NCBI GenBank assembly: GCA_945906935.1
Contig: CAMDSO010000003.1
Span: 13,251-77,250, forward strand
Length of the DNA stretch: 64,000 nt
Direction: 5' to 3'
Source of the DNA: Bordetella parapertussis
GTDB taxonomy: Bacteria; Pseudomonadota; Gammaproteobacteria; Burkholderiales; SG8-41
Shown here piece after piece: positions 47,681 through 56,722 of this stretch; within the stretch, counting starts at the first letter, position 1, and each line of letters opens with the position of its first letter. Both the position numbers and the translations under genes were made by a program. Under the pieces are notes generated by a model that worked only from the letters and a program-made list of their open reading frames with translations, did no database searches and was not told where the DNA came from.

Positions 47681-48661
47681 ATGTCTGCACTCAAGCTTGC
47701 AACTATTCCGGCCGCCATTCTGCTTTCGTTGTCCGCCACGCTGGCGGTTGCGCAGACCGCCGGTGGCTATCCGCATAAGCCCATCCGTTTTGTGGTGCCC
47801 TATACGCCCGGGGGGGGCACTGATCTGATGGCGCGTGCGCTGGCGCAACGGTTGACCGAGAACATGGGACAGTCGGTGATTGTTGAAAACCGCGCCGGTG
47901 CCGGCGGCAATCTCGGCATGGAGAATGTCGCGCGTTCCGCCCCCGACGGCTACACCATCGCATTGGCGCTGACCGCGCAATATGTGGTGAACCCCGCCTT
48001 GTATCCGAAGCTGCCCTACGATTCGGTCAAGGATTACGCCCCCATCATGCTGGTGGCGCGCAACCCTTATGTCTTGGTGGTACATCCCACGGTGCCGGCA
48101 AAATCGTTCAACGAGCTACTAGCGTTGGCCAAGCAGCGCGCCGGTCAGCTGACGTTTTCTTCTTCCGGCAACGGCAGTGGCGCTCATCTCTCGGGTGAGA
48201 TGATGAAAACCATGGGCCGCGTCAACATGCTGCATATTCCCTACAAGGGGGCGGGCGCTTTGCTGCCCGATCTGATCGCCGGGCAGGTGCATCTCTCGTT
48301 TGTGACCTGGAGTTCGGTCGGCCAATACGTCAAGGGCGGTCGTTTGCGTTCACTGGCGGTGACTACGCTCAAGCGCTCCCCGGCGTTGCCGGATCTGCCG
48401 GCGATCGCCGAGACGCTGCCCGGATACGATCTGCCGGTGTGGTATGGCATCGTTGCCCCCGCCGGTACGCCACGCGAGATTGTGACGCGACTCAATACTG
48501 AAATTCTGCGCGTGATTTCCATGCCGGATTTCAAAAAACGCATCGAGGTCGATGCGGTCGAGCCGATCGGCAGCACGCCGGAACAACTGGGCGATTACAT
48601 CAAGGTTGAGCTGGTGAAGTGGGCGAAGATCGTCAAGGACAGCGGCGCGCGGGTGGATTGA
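47681..48661 (+). CDS. Bug family (TctC-like) substrate-binding protein
   Basis: 326 aa with the signal peptide MSALKLATIPAAILLSLSATLAVAQ, plus 'YPHKPIRFVVPYTPGGGTD', 'VIVENRAGAGGN' and 'IPYKGAG'. Confidence 0.9.
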   Translation: MSALKLATIPAAILLSLSATLAVAQTAGGYPHKPIRFVVPYTPGGGTDLMARALAQRLTENMGQSVIVENRAGAGGNLGMENVARSAPDGYTIALALTAQYVVNPALYPKLPYDSVKDYAPIMLVARNPYVLVVHPTVPAKSFNELLALAKQRAGQLTFSSSGNGSGAHLSGEMMKTMGRVNMLHIPYKGAGALLPDLIAGQVHLSFVTWSSVGQYVKGGRLRSLAVTTLKRSPALPDLPAIAETLPGYDLPVWYGIVAPAGTPREIVTRLNTEILRVISMPDFKKRIEVDAVEPIGSTPEQLGDYIKVELVKWAKIVKDSGARVD

Positions 48662-48716
48662 GTGTCATCGGTGGTCGCAGTCGCCGATGGTGTAACGAGG
48701 GCGACTGCGCTGCCGA

Positions 48717-50375
48717 TCAAGGCTTGGTGGCCGGGTCGAGCCGGCGGTAGAGGCGGTAACGCTCGACCTTGTCGCCGGGACGTGTGCCTTCCCAAATCTT
48801 TTCCCAGGCGCCGGCCGGCGGTGTTGCTTCGCCCGCCACGCCCTGGGTGAGGGTGAGCTGGCAGCTGCGTTTGCGGCCTTCTCCCTCGAGGCGCCAGGTG
48901 ATGATGCCGGCAAAGTAATGCAACATCGCGCGTTGCGGTTCGCCCAGCGTCTGGCTGGCGATGCAATCGTATTGTGCCGGCAGTGTCTTTTGCATATCGG
49001 CGATCATCGAACGATAACTCTTGCCGCTGTCGAGCCAGCCAACGAAGAGTATGGCGATCAGTCCCCACACCATGGTCATGGTTGCGGCCCAGGCGATGAC
49101 CGGCCGTTCGCGGCTCTTGCGCAGTTTGAGCAAGACGATGATCCAGCCGACCGAGTAGAGCGCGGCGAGCGTAAACGGCAGCCATTTGAAGCCGGGTGTG
49201 TAGCCGGGCTGCAGGGTGTGTAGATGGGCATGCAGTTTCGCCGGCAGGGCCAGTTCGAGCGCCGTCCAGTAAAACCAGGCGACGATCATGAAGAAGCCGC
49301 CGCTCATCACGCTGAACCAGTAGATCAGGTTGGCGCTACCGCGGCGTAGTGTGTCGATCGCCGGCGTCGCCAGCAATGCGAGTGGAATCAGCATCGGCAG
49401 TGCATAGAGTTCGCGCCCATCGGCGGAGATGCTGAGCACCATCAATATCACCATGAAACCCAGCAGAGGCAGGGCGATGCCCGCGGTGGTCAGGCCAGCA
49501 ATGCGGGCACGCAGCAGGGCCCATGCCGCCAGCGGCAGGGTGGGTAGCGCGTACCACGGCAGGATGCGCAGGTAATGCGCGTTGTCGGCATCAGGGCCGA
49601 GATCATTGCCGCCGAGAAAACGGCCGAAATTGTTGATCATCAGCCATTCATTAAAGAGTGCGGGCGATTTTGTGTATAAGGCGTACGGCCAGAGGATGAG
49701 CCACGGCAGAAAGACGGCGGCCGCCACACCAAGTGTTACCAGATATCCGCGCGTGCGCCACGCTGGCAGGAGCGGCAGCAACAGTGCGAAGACCCCCAGA
49801 ATGCCGGGGGCGAGCAGGCCCTTGGATAAAAAGCCGATGCCAACGCCGGTGCCGAGCCAGAAGCCGCCGGCGGCGGGGCGGCGCAGGGCGAGGGCGAGTC
49901 CGTAAAACGCCGCGGCGAAACCGCTGAGCAGGGCGATGTCAGTGATCAACTGATGGCTGCGCACGACGATACCGAGGCAGCCCATCAGCAGCAAGGTGGC
50001 CAGTGCGCCGCGACCTCTGCCGTAGAGTTCTCGTGCGGCGCCCGCGACCAAGGCAAATGTCAGTGCCATGTAGATGCCGGTGGTCAGGCGCGCAGCATCA
50101 TGCAGTGCAAACGGTGGCGCGAGTAATTTCGCCACCAGTGCGGCGCTCCAATAGAAGAGCGGCGGCTTTTCCATGAACGCCTCGCCGGCGAGCATCGGCA
50201 CGATCCAGTCGCCGCCGTTGAGCAGGCTGTAGACCAGCCCGAACGTATAGGCTTCGTCCGGCTTCCACGGATCGTGTCCAAGCAGGCCCGGCAATATCCA
50301 GGCCGCCGCCAGTGCAATGACCCAGGGCAAGGGGATCGCTGGTGTGGCGGGCTCGCCACTGGTGTTGGGTATCAT
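48717..50375 (-). CDS. GT-C fold glycosyltransferase family 39 (ArnT/PMT_2-like)
   Basis: 552 aa and polytopic. 'LLGHDPWKPDEAYTFGLVYSLL' carries the DE-type motif of the first periplasmic loop, followed by 'FMEKPPLFYW'. Confidence 0.8.
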   Translation of the reverse strand: MIPNTSGEPATPAIPLPWVIALAAAWILPGLLGHDPWKPDEAYTFGLVYSLLNGGDWIVPMLAGEAFMEKPPLFYWSAALVAKLLAPPFALHDAARLTTGIYMALTFALVAGAARELYGRGRGALATLLLMGCLGIVVRSHQLITDIALLSGFAAAFYGLALALRRPAAGGFWLGTGVGIGFLSKGLLAPGILGVFALLLPLLPAWRTRGYLVTLGVAAAVFLPWLILWPYALYTKSPALFNEWLMINNFGRFLGGNDLGPDADNAHYLRILPWYALPTLPLAAWALLRARIAGLTTAGIALPLLGFMVILMVLSISADGRELYALPMLIPLALLATPAIDTLRRGSANLIYWFSVMSGGFFMIVAWFYWTALELALPAKLHAHLHTLQPGYTPGFKWLPFTLAALYSVGWIIVLLKLRKSRERPVIAWAATMTMVWGLIAILFVGWLDSGKSYRSMIADMQKTLPAQYDCIASQTLGEPQRAMLHYFAGIITWRLEGEGRKRSCQLTLTQGVAGEATPPAGAWEKIWEGTRPGDKVERYRLYRRLDPATKP

Positions 50376-50488
50376 CCTGCTATTTTCTTTCGATCCGGCG
50401 CTTCAGGCTACTGCTTTCGGCAGGGCGCGGCCTCTGCTCTGAATATGCCCGGTGCGGCAAGGCGCGTCGCACCTGCCTGCCGTGGTAT

Positions 50489-51370
50489 TTAGAGTAGCGC
50501 GCGCTGATAGATTTTTTCCAGACGACGCAGCGGTGCCATCGCTTCGTCCTGCATCGCGGCCGGCGGCAGGTAAAAGGTCTGCTCAAGCATGTATTGGCCG
50601 CTGACTACGGCGTGCATGACGAGATCGGTAAAGACGATCCAGGTTGTATTGGCCTGTAGTTCTAGACGTGTCCTGGGAGCGATTTTCTGATACTGAATAT
50701 CCAGTTTCGCGCGGTCATGCAGCCCCAGCATGATGTGGTCGTAGGCGCTGCGCCGTCCTTTCGTGGCACGTAGTTTTTCGAGCAGCCATGCGCTGCCTGG
50801 CAATGGTGCGGCAACCTGTTTGCAAAAGCGCGCCGCCATGGTGTCGAACGGTTCGCCGATTTCCCATACCCGCGGTTCGCCCGCCAGGTTGATGTTGGAA
50901 AAGACGCGTAATAGCCGCTGCCCGCGCACCGGGCGCGAGGCAAATGCATCCACATGCAGGCGCATATCGTCTTTCTTTGGCGAACTCTCGCGCTTGGCCG
51001 CACTGACCGGTCGGAAGCTGGTGAGGCCCCAGACCAGAGCATGGCTATAGGCGGGGCAGACGTTGGTGACCAGCGTGCGGGCGGCATTGGCATAGCGGTC
51101 CATCATCGCCGTCAGCGCGTTGCGATCGCCGCCTGCCGCCGAGGTATGTCTGATTTGTCGTGTCACAGGGCTGTAGCTGATGTTCTTGGCTTTGCCGTCC
51201 GACCAGCGCGGTGATAGAAACCGGCGCTCATCAGCACTCAGGCTGAAAGTGAGGTGCGGCAAGTGCAGCAGCTGTCCGTGTTCCAGTGCGCGGGTGTTTT
51301 CTGTTGCGTCGTCCTCAGGCAGGGCGGCATGCCAATCTGTAGCGTGGATGGTTTTGACGGGTTCGCTCAT
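50489..51370 (-). CDS. kdoO: Kdo hydroxylase family protein (Fe(II)/2-oxoglutarate dioxygenase, KdoO-like)
   Basis: 293 aa. 'LE.GQLLHLPHLTFSLSADERRFLSPRWSDGKAKNISY' matches my recollection of the family N-terminus. A 2-His-1-carboxylate candidate is present: 'LHVDAF' with a later 'VMHAV'. It has an ATGA overlap with the upstream M48 gene. Confidence 0.55.
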   Translation of the reverse strand: MSEPVKTIHATDWHAALPEDDATENTRALEHGQLLHLPHLTFSLSADERRFLSPRWSDGKAKNISYSPVTRQIRHTSAAGGDRNALTAMMDRYANAARTLVTNVCPAYSHALVWGLTSFRPVSAAKRESSPKKDDMRLHVDAFASRPVRGQRLLRVFSNINLAGEPRVWEIGEPFDTMAARFCKQVAAPLPGSAWLLEKLRATKGRRSAYDHIMLGLHDRAKLDIQYQKIAPRTRLELQANTTWIVFTDLVMHAVVSGQYMLEQTFYLPPAAMQDEAMAPLRRLEKIYQRALL

Positions 51371-52812
51371 TCGACTACCTTCAGCGGCTGTCCGGGCCGG
51401 GGTTCGCCAGACGGATACATGCCGTTGATCAAACGCAGATAAGAGACAGCATTCTTGCCCAGCGGCGAAGTGCGTGCGAGGTCGGCGAAACGCGCGTCCC
51501 TCGGCGCGTTGATGACCCTTAAGGTTAGCGGTCTGGCGAGTCTGTATTCTTCATCAGTCATGGCGTGAAAGCTGTTAATCGCGGCATTAATCTCCGGCAG
51601 CACGCGTTGCATGGCCTGGGCGTTGAGCGCCTGCCCGCCGATCAGAAACGCTGATTTACCGAGAAAGACAATAGCCACCCGTGTCGGCTTGCCTTGCATG
51701 GTGGTGGTGGTGACCGCCGCCTGCAGGCCGTTGATCGTGCGCTGCGTTGCATCCGTGCCGAGATTTCCGCGCAGCACCTTGCGTAACACATCGAGGGGCG
51801 TGCCCTGCGCCGGGCCGGCGCCGCGCAGATCGACAATGGCATCCTTGGCGGGGCTGGCGGCGGCCACGTTGGAGGGCTGGTTGCTGACCTTCCAGTCGCG
51901 CGGAAAGCTCAGCGCCATGCCGAAATCGACATGATAAAAATTGCCGTTGCGGACGATGCCCTGCGCCGGGCTGTCGGCAAACACCAGCTTGTCGATGACA
52001 CGCAGGAACTCTTCCTGGTTGCGTCGGGCGCCGGGGGCCGGCGCGCCCGCTTCAGCAACCACCTGCTGCAAACGCGTGTCGGCGTCAGGGTGGGAGGCGA
52101 ACACGCCGTGATAGGCGCGCGGCTGGCGGCCTTCGGCTTTTGCCAACTCGGCATCGAACAATTCCTGGTCTTTTAGCACGCCAACGACCTTGATCATGGC
52201 CTGCGGATCGTAGCCGGTGCGGGCAAGATATTGCGCGCCCAGACGATCCGCTTCGAGTTCGTGATCGCGCCCATAGCCTGACAAGAAGACATTACCGAGG
52301 AGGTTGATCGCATTGTCACCCGTCGCATTGCGCAGCCCGGGCACAAAAATGCCCAGCAGGGCTGCGCCGACACCGGTCGCGGTGGCCGCACTCATTTGCT
52401 GCACGCCATGACGCGCGGTGACATGGCCGATTTCGTGGCCCAGCACGCCGGCCAGTTCTGCTTCCGAATTCAGATAACTCATGATCCCGCGCGTGATGTA
52501 GATATAGCCGCCGGGCAACGCAAAGGCATTGATTTCGGGTGAGTCCACCACGGTGAAGCTGTATTGCAGGCCCGGGCGGTGACTTTCCCTGGCGAGTCGC
52601 TGGCCGACCATATTCACGTATTGCTGCAATACCTTGTCATCGTAGACGCCATATTGTTGGCGCACATTGACATCTTCCTGTCGTCCGATTTGCACCTCTT
52701 GCGATTCCGACATGGTGACAAAGTTCGGGTTGCCGGAGACGGGGTTTTGCGCGCAGTCGGTCAACAGCAGGCTGGCGGCGGCGGCGATGATGGAAAGAAG
52801 TCTTGATCTCAT
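51367..52812 (-). CDS. M48 family metalloprotease, probable lipoprotein
   Basis: ORF 51367..52989 trimmed to the ATG at 52812 (MRSRLLSIIAAAASLLLTDCAQ, lipobox-like LTDC). It has the zinc motif 'HEIGHVTARH' and a later 'ELEAD'. Confidence 0.8.
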   Translation of the reverse strand: MRSRLLSIIAAAASLLLTDCAQNPVSGNPNFVTMSESQEVQIGRQEDVNVRQQYGVYDDKVLQQYVNMVGQRLARESHRPGLQYSFTVVDSPEINAFALPGGYIYITRGIMSYLNSEAELAGVLGHEIGHVTARHGVQQMSAATATGVGAALLGIFVPGLRNATGDNAINLLGNVFLSGYGRDHELEADRLGAQYLARTGYDPQAMIKVVGVLKDQELFDAELAKAEGRQPRAYHGVFASHPDADTRLQQVVAEAGAPAPGARRNQEEFLRVIDKLVFADSPAQGIVRNGNFYHVDFGMALSFPRDWKVSNQPSNVAAASPAKDAIVDLRGAGPAQGTPLDVLRKVLRGNLGTDATQRTINGLQAAVTTTTMQGKPTRVAIVFLGKSAFLIGGQALNAQAMQRVLPEINAAINSFHAMTDEEYRLARPLTLRVINAPRDARFADLARTSPLGKNAVSYLRLINGMYPSGEPRPGQPLKVVE

Positions 52813-52842
52813 GACACGCGATTTTAGCGTTGGAACTCTACG

Positions 52843-52891
52843 CGCACCAAGCTGTGCATTGTCAGGAGGCTGTGCGCACCAATTGTGTGCA
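52843..52891 (+). promoter_or_regulatory. two NtrC-like enhancer half-palindromes (candidate UAS)
   Basis: cGCACCAagcTGTGCA at 52843-52858 has its half-sites 1 nt too close. cGCACCAattGTGTGCA at 52875-52891 has the exact spacing of TGCACCA-N3-TGGTGCA. Both lie about 110-160 nt upstream of the sigma54 candidate. Confidence 0.3.
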
Positions 52892-53001
52892 AAGCCGCGG
52901 TGAGCGGCGGGGGCTGTGCTTCGCGGTAGGCCCGGCCGTTCGTTATTTAAATCAATCAAAACATGTTTTTGAGTGCGCAAGACGATCACCTGACTGCGGG
53001 C

Positions 53002-53017
53002 TGGTATGACACGTGCT
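53002..53017 (+). promoter_or_regulatory. sigma54 (-24/-12) promoter candidate for the cyanate operon
   Basis: TGGTATgacacGTGCT compared with consensus TGGCAC-N5-TTGCW. The GG and GC dinucleotides are at the exact canonical spacing. It lies about 35 nt upstream of the ATG at 53052. Confidence 0.4.
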
Positions 53018-53051
53018 AAGCATGGTGCATCACTTAGACGCGGAGCTTGCC

Positions 53052-54413
53052 ATGTCAGGATTCAACAACCCTTACGACCCGGATGCCGAATTATCAGCCT
53101 GCAGTTGCGGTGGGCACGCCAGCCAGCAGGCGCATGACGCCGTGGCGCACAGCAACGATACCGAAACCCTCTCCGCGCGTTTTGTCGAGTCTTCGTTAGT
53201 GCGGGCTTTGTTTCCGCACGATGAAACTCGGCGCAATTTCATTCGCGCCGTCGGTGCGCGCACGGCGCAGGCGGCGATTGCGAGTCTGCTGCCGATTGGC
53301 AGCCTGACCGCGATGGCGCAGGAAAAAGCGCCGCTGGAGAAAAAAGATCTCAAGATCGGTTTTATTCCGATCACCTGCGCGACGCCGCTGATCATGGCCG
53401 GGCCACTGAAGTTCTACCAGCAGCAGGGCCTCAACGTGACGTTGAACAAAACCGCCGGCTGGGCGTTGATACGCGACAAGATGCTCAACAAGGAGCACGA
53501 CGCATCGCATTTCCTGTCGCCGATGCCGATTGCGATTTCGATGGGCCTTGGGGCAGTTGCACAGCCGATGAACGTGGCGACCATCCAGAACGTCAACGGC
53601 CAGGCCATCACCCTGCATAACAAGCACAAGGACAAGCGCGACCCGAAACAATGGAAGGGCATGACCTTTGCGGTGCCTTTCGATTATTCGATGCATAACT
53701 TTCTGCTGCGTTATTACGTCGCCGAGCACGGGCTGGACCCGGACAAGGATATTCAGATCCGCGTCACCCCTCCGCCCGAGATGGTGGCCAACTTGCGCGC
53801 CGGCAACATCGACGGCTTCCTTGGCCCCGATCCGTTCAACCAGCGTGCGGTGTATGACGAGATTGGTTTTATCCACCTGCTGTCCAAGGAATTGTGGGAT
53901 GGCCATCCCTGTTGCGCCTTCGGTGTGTCGGGGGCCTTCATCAAAGAGAACCCCAACACTTTCGCTGCGTTGTATCGCGCCGTGCTCAATGCCGCGGCGA
54001 TGGCGCGCGAGGCGAAGAACCGCGAATTCATCGCCAACGTGATCGCGCCGGCCAACTATCTGAACCAGCCGCCAGCGGTGCTCGAACAGGTTTTGATGGG
54101 CAAGTATGCCGATGGACTGGGTAACATCAAAACAGACGCCAACCGCCTGGATTTCGATCCCTTCCCTTGGCAATCGATGGCAGTGTGGATGCTCACCCAG
54201 ATGAAGCGCTGGGGTTATATCAAGGGCGATGTCAATTACAAGCAGATCGCCGAGCAGGTGTTTCTTGCCACCGACGCCAAGAAGCGTATGGCCGAACTCG
54301 GTCAGAAGCCGCCAGCCAGCGCTTATGCGAAGTTCAAGGTGATGGGCAAGGAATTCGACCCGACCAAGCCGGATGCCTATCTGGCCGGTTTTGCCATCAA
54401 AAAGACGGGCTAA
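53052..54413 (+). CDS. cynA: NrtA/CmpA-family ABC substrate-binding protein, probable cyanate-binding CynA (Tat signal)
   Basis: The start is chosen at the ATG at 53052, 6 nt after GGAG; the track start at 53013 is a GTG lying within the promoter candidate. It has the twin-arginine 'TRRNFIRAVG' and 'LKIGFIPITCATPL'. It is followed by permease, ATPase and cynS genes. Confidence 0.8.
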   Translation: MSGFNNPYDPDAELSACSCGGHASQQAHDAVAHSNDTETLSARFVESSLVRALFPHDETRRNFIRAVGARTAQAAIASLLPIGSLTAMAQEKAPLEKKDLKIGFIPITCATPLIMAGPLKFYQQQGLNVTLNKTAGWALIRDKMLNKEHDASHFLSPMPIAISMGLGAVAQPMNVATIQNVNGQAITLHNKHKDKRDPKQWKGMTFAVPFDYSMHNFLLRYYVAEHGLDPDKDIQIRVTPPPEMVANLRAGNIDGFLGPDPFNQRAVYDEIGFIHLLSKELWDGHPCCAFGVSGAFIKENPNTFAALYRAVLNAAAMAREAKNREFIANVIAPANYLNQPPAVLEQVLMGKYADGLGNIKTDANRLDFDPFPWQSMAVWMLTQMKRWGYIKGDVNYKQIAEQVFLATDAKKRMAELGQKPPASAYAKFKVMGKEFDPTKPDAYLAGFAIKKTG

Positions 54414-54416
54414 GGC

Positions 54417-55247
54417 ATGCCGCACTCCCTGAATCTGCGCGCCAGTTTGTTGTCCGCGCTGGTCTTGCTGTTTTTTCTGGCGATCTGGCATGTCAGTACT
54501 CTGCCGGTCGAGCGTGCGGTCAGCACGGACCCGGAATACGCGAAGCTGGTCGGTGGCGGCAAGGGCGCGGGCTTGCCAACGCCGATGATGATTGCGAAGA
54601 CGGTTTGGATGCAGTTGAAAGATCCGTTCTATGACAACGGACCGAACGACAAGGGTATCGGCATCCAGCTCGCCTATTCGATGGCACGCGTCGGCCTCGG
54701 ATTTTTGCTGGCGGCCGCGGTGGCGGTACCGTTGGGATTTTTGATCGGCATGTCGCCGCTCATTTATCGTGCGCTTAACCCGTTCATCCAGGTCTTGAAG
54801 CCGATCTCACCGCTGGCGTGGATGCCGCTGGCGCTCTATACCATCAAGGACGCCGCGATCTCCTCGATCTTTGTCATCTTCATCTGTTCAGTCTGGCCGA
54901 TGCTGATCAATACCGCGCACGGTGTTGCCTCAGTCAAACGGGAGTGGCTTAACGTCGCCAAGACGCTCGAGGTTGGCGCAATGCGCAAGGCCTTTCTGGT
55001 GATCTTGCCGGCCGCGGCGCCGACCATATTGACCGGCATGCGCATATCGATGGGTATCGCCTGGCTCGTCATCGTTGCCGCGGAAATGCTGGTGGGTGGC
55101 ACGGGCATCGGCTACTTCGTCTGGAACGAGTGGAACAATCTTTCGCTGACCAACGTCATCTTTGCCATCCTCACCATCGGCGTGGTCGGCATGCTGCTCG
55201 ACCTGGTGTTTGGCTGGCTGACGCGGCTTGTGACGTATCAGGAGTAG
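54417..55247 (+). CDS. cynB: ABC transporter permease (NrtB/CynB-like)
   Basis: 276 aa with a binding-protein-dependent transport inner-membrane component signature region, 'EWLNVAKTLEVGAMRKAFLVILPAAAP'. Confidence 0.85.
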   Translation: MPHSLNLRASLLSALVLLFFLAIWHVSTLPVERAVSTDPEYAKLVGGGKGAGLPTPMMIAKTVWMQLKDPFYDNGPNDKGIGIQLAYSMARVGLGFLLAAAVAVPLGFLIGMSPLIYRALNPFIQVLKPISPLAWMPLALYTIKDAAISSIFVIFICSVWPMLINTAHGVASVKREWLNVAKTLEVGAMRKAFLVILPAAAPTILTGMRISMGIAWLVIVAAEMLVGGTGIGYFVWNEWNNLSLTNVIFAILTIGVVGMLLDLVFGWLTRLVTYQE

Positions 55248-55250
55248 GGT

Positions 55251-56162
55251 GTGGAAAAATATTTCCTCAAGGTCGAGCAGCTTGCGCGGCGCTATCCGGC
55301 GCCGCGTGGTGGTGCGCCGTTGACGGTTTTCGAAGACGTCAATTTCAGTATCGAGCGTGGCGAGTTTGTCTGCATCATCGGTCACTCGGGCTGCGGCAAG
55401 TCCACCATCCTCAACATTCTGGCCGGTCTTGACGAGGCGAGCGAGGGACTGGTCATCATGGATGGTCGCGAGGTGTCTGGCCCCAGCCTCGATCGTGGCG
55501 TGGTGTTTCAAGGGCATGCGCTGATGCCCTGGCTCAGTGCAAAAAAGAATGTCGAGTTTGCCGTGCGCTCGCGCTGGCCCGATGTGGGGCGCGCGAAGAC
55601 TGATGAGATCTGTAATCGCTATCTGTCACTGGTCGGTCTGGCCGCCGCCGCTGACAAGAAGCCCTCTGAACTCTCCGGCGGCATGAAGCAGCGCGTAGGG
55701 ATTGCACGGGCCTTTGCCATCGAGCCGAAGATGCTGTTGCTCGACGAGCCCTTCGGCGCGCTCGATGCGCTGACACGCGGTGTGATTCAGGACGAGCTGT
55801 TGAAAATCTGCGCGGCGACCCAGCAGACGGTGTTCATGATCACGCACGATGTCGACGAGGCGATCCTGCTGGCGGACAAAATCATGCTGATGTCGCACGG
55901 CCCCGGCGCGCGAATTGCCGAGATTGTCGTCAACACGCTGCCGCGCGAGCGCAGCCGCCACACGATTCACAAGGAACCCCAGTATTACCCGATCCGTAAT
56001 CATCTGGTCGACTTTCTGGTGAGCCGCTCCAAGCTCTTCGCCGAGCAGGCGCCGGCTGGCTATGACCCGCTGCGGCCGCCGCTGGTCATGCCCGGTTTGG
56101 ATTCTGGTGGACCGGCGATTCCCATCTCGCTGCGCCAGTCGGCGACGGCAGCGCTGGTTTAA
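55251..56162 (+). CDS. cynD: ABC transporter ATP-binding protein (NrtD/CynD-like)
   Basis: GTG start. Walker A 'GHSGCGKST', signature 'LSGGMKQR' and Walker B 'LLLDEPF' are present. Confidence 0.9.
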   Translation: MEKYFLKVEQLARRYPAPRGGAPLTVFEDVNFSIERGEFVCIIGHSGCGKSTILNILAGLDEASEGLVIMDGREVSGPSLDRGVVFQGHALMPWLSAKKNVEFAVRSRWPDVGRAKTDEICNRYLSLVGLAAAADKKPSELSGGMKQRVGIARAFAIEPKMLLLDEPFGALDALTRGVIQDELLKICAATQQTVFMITHDVDEAILLADKIMLMSHGPGARIAEIVVNTLPRERSRHTIHKEPQYYPIRNHLVDFLVSRSKLFAEQAPAGYDPLRPPLVMPGLDSGGPAIPISLRQSATAALV

Positions 56163-56186
56163 ACCCATCAACAAGAGGAGAAGACA

Positions 56187-56639
56187 ATGCAAATCATGAA
56201 ACGCACCGATGTCACCGAAATGGTTGTCATGGCGAAGATCAAAAAAGGTCTGACCTGGACCAAAATCGCCAAAGCCGTGGGGCAAAGCAAAGAGTGGACG
56301 ACCGCCGCGCTGTTAGGCCAGATGCAAATGACCAAGGCGCAGGCCAGCGCCGCCGGCAAACTACTCGGCCTGCCGGCCGATGCGGTGCTGTTGCTGCAAC
56401 AAGTGCCTTACAAGGGGTCGTTGCCGACGGCGGTGCCCACCGATCCGCTGATCTACCGTTTTTACGAACTGGTCAGCATCTATGGCACCACGTTCAAAGA
56501 GTTGATCCACGAAGAGTTTGGTGACGGCATCATGAGCGCGATCGATTTCAAGATGGATTTGCAGCGTGAGGCCGATCCCAAGGGCGATCGTGTGAATATT
56601 GTGATGAGCGGTAAATATCTGCAATACAAAATGTATTAG
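56187..56639 (+). CDS. cynS: cyanase (cyanate hydratase)
   Basis: 150 aa with 'KKGLTWTKIAKAVGQSKEWTTAALLGQ' and the C-terminal catalytic region 'IYGTTFKELIHEEFGDGIMSAIDF...DRV.IVMSGKYL.YK'. Confidence 0.95.
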   Translation: MQIMKRTDVTEMVVMAKIKKGLTWTKIAKAVGQSKEWTTAALLGQMQMTKAQASAAGKLLGLPADAVLLLQQVPYKGSLPTAVPTDPLIYRFYELVSIYGTTFKELIHEEFGDGIMSAIDFKMDLQREADPKGDRVNIVMSGKYLQYKMY

Positions 56640-56722
56640 TCGCATGTCGTGCCGCTCTGTGCGCGTGACAAGCCCGCCTTTGTTCAAGCGGGTATCGATA
56701 TTTAATCTGTGAAGGAGCAGTC

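Noticed and set aside
48676-48708. GC-rich hairpins without U-tracts between convergent genes. These are 48676-48708 (10-bp perfect stem), 37440-37465 (8-bp stem), 26991-27024 and 61378-61396.
   Set aside because: They may act as transcript-stabilising or Rho-assisted termination structures. They lack the T-run needed to call intrinsic terminators with any confidence.
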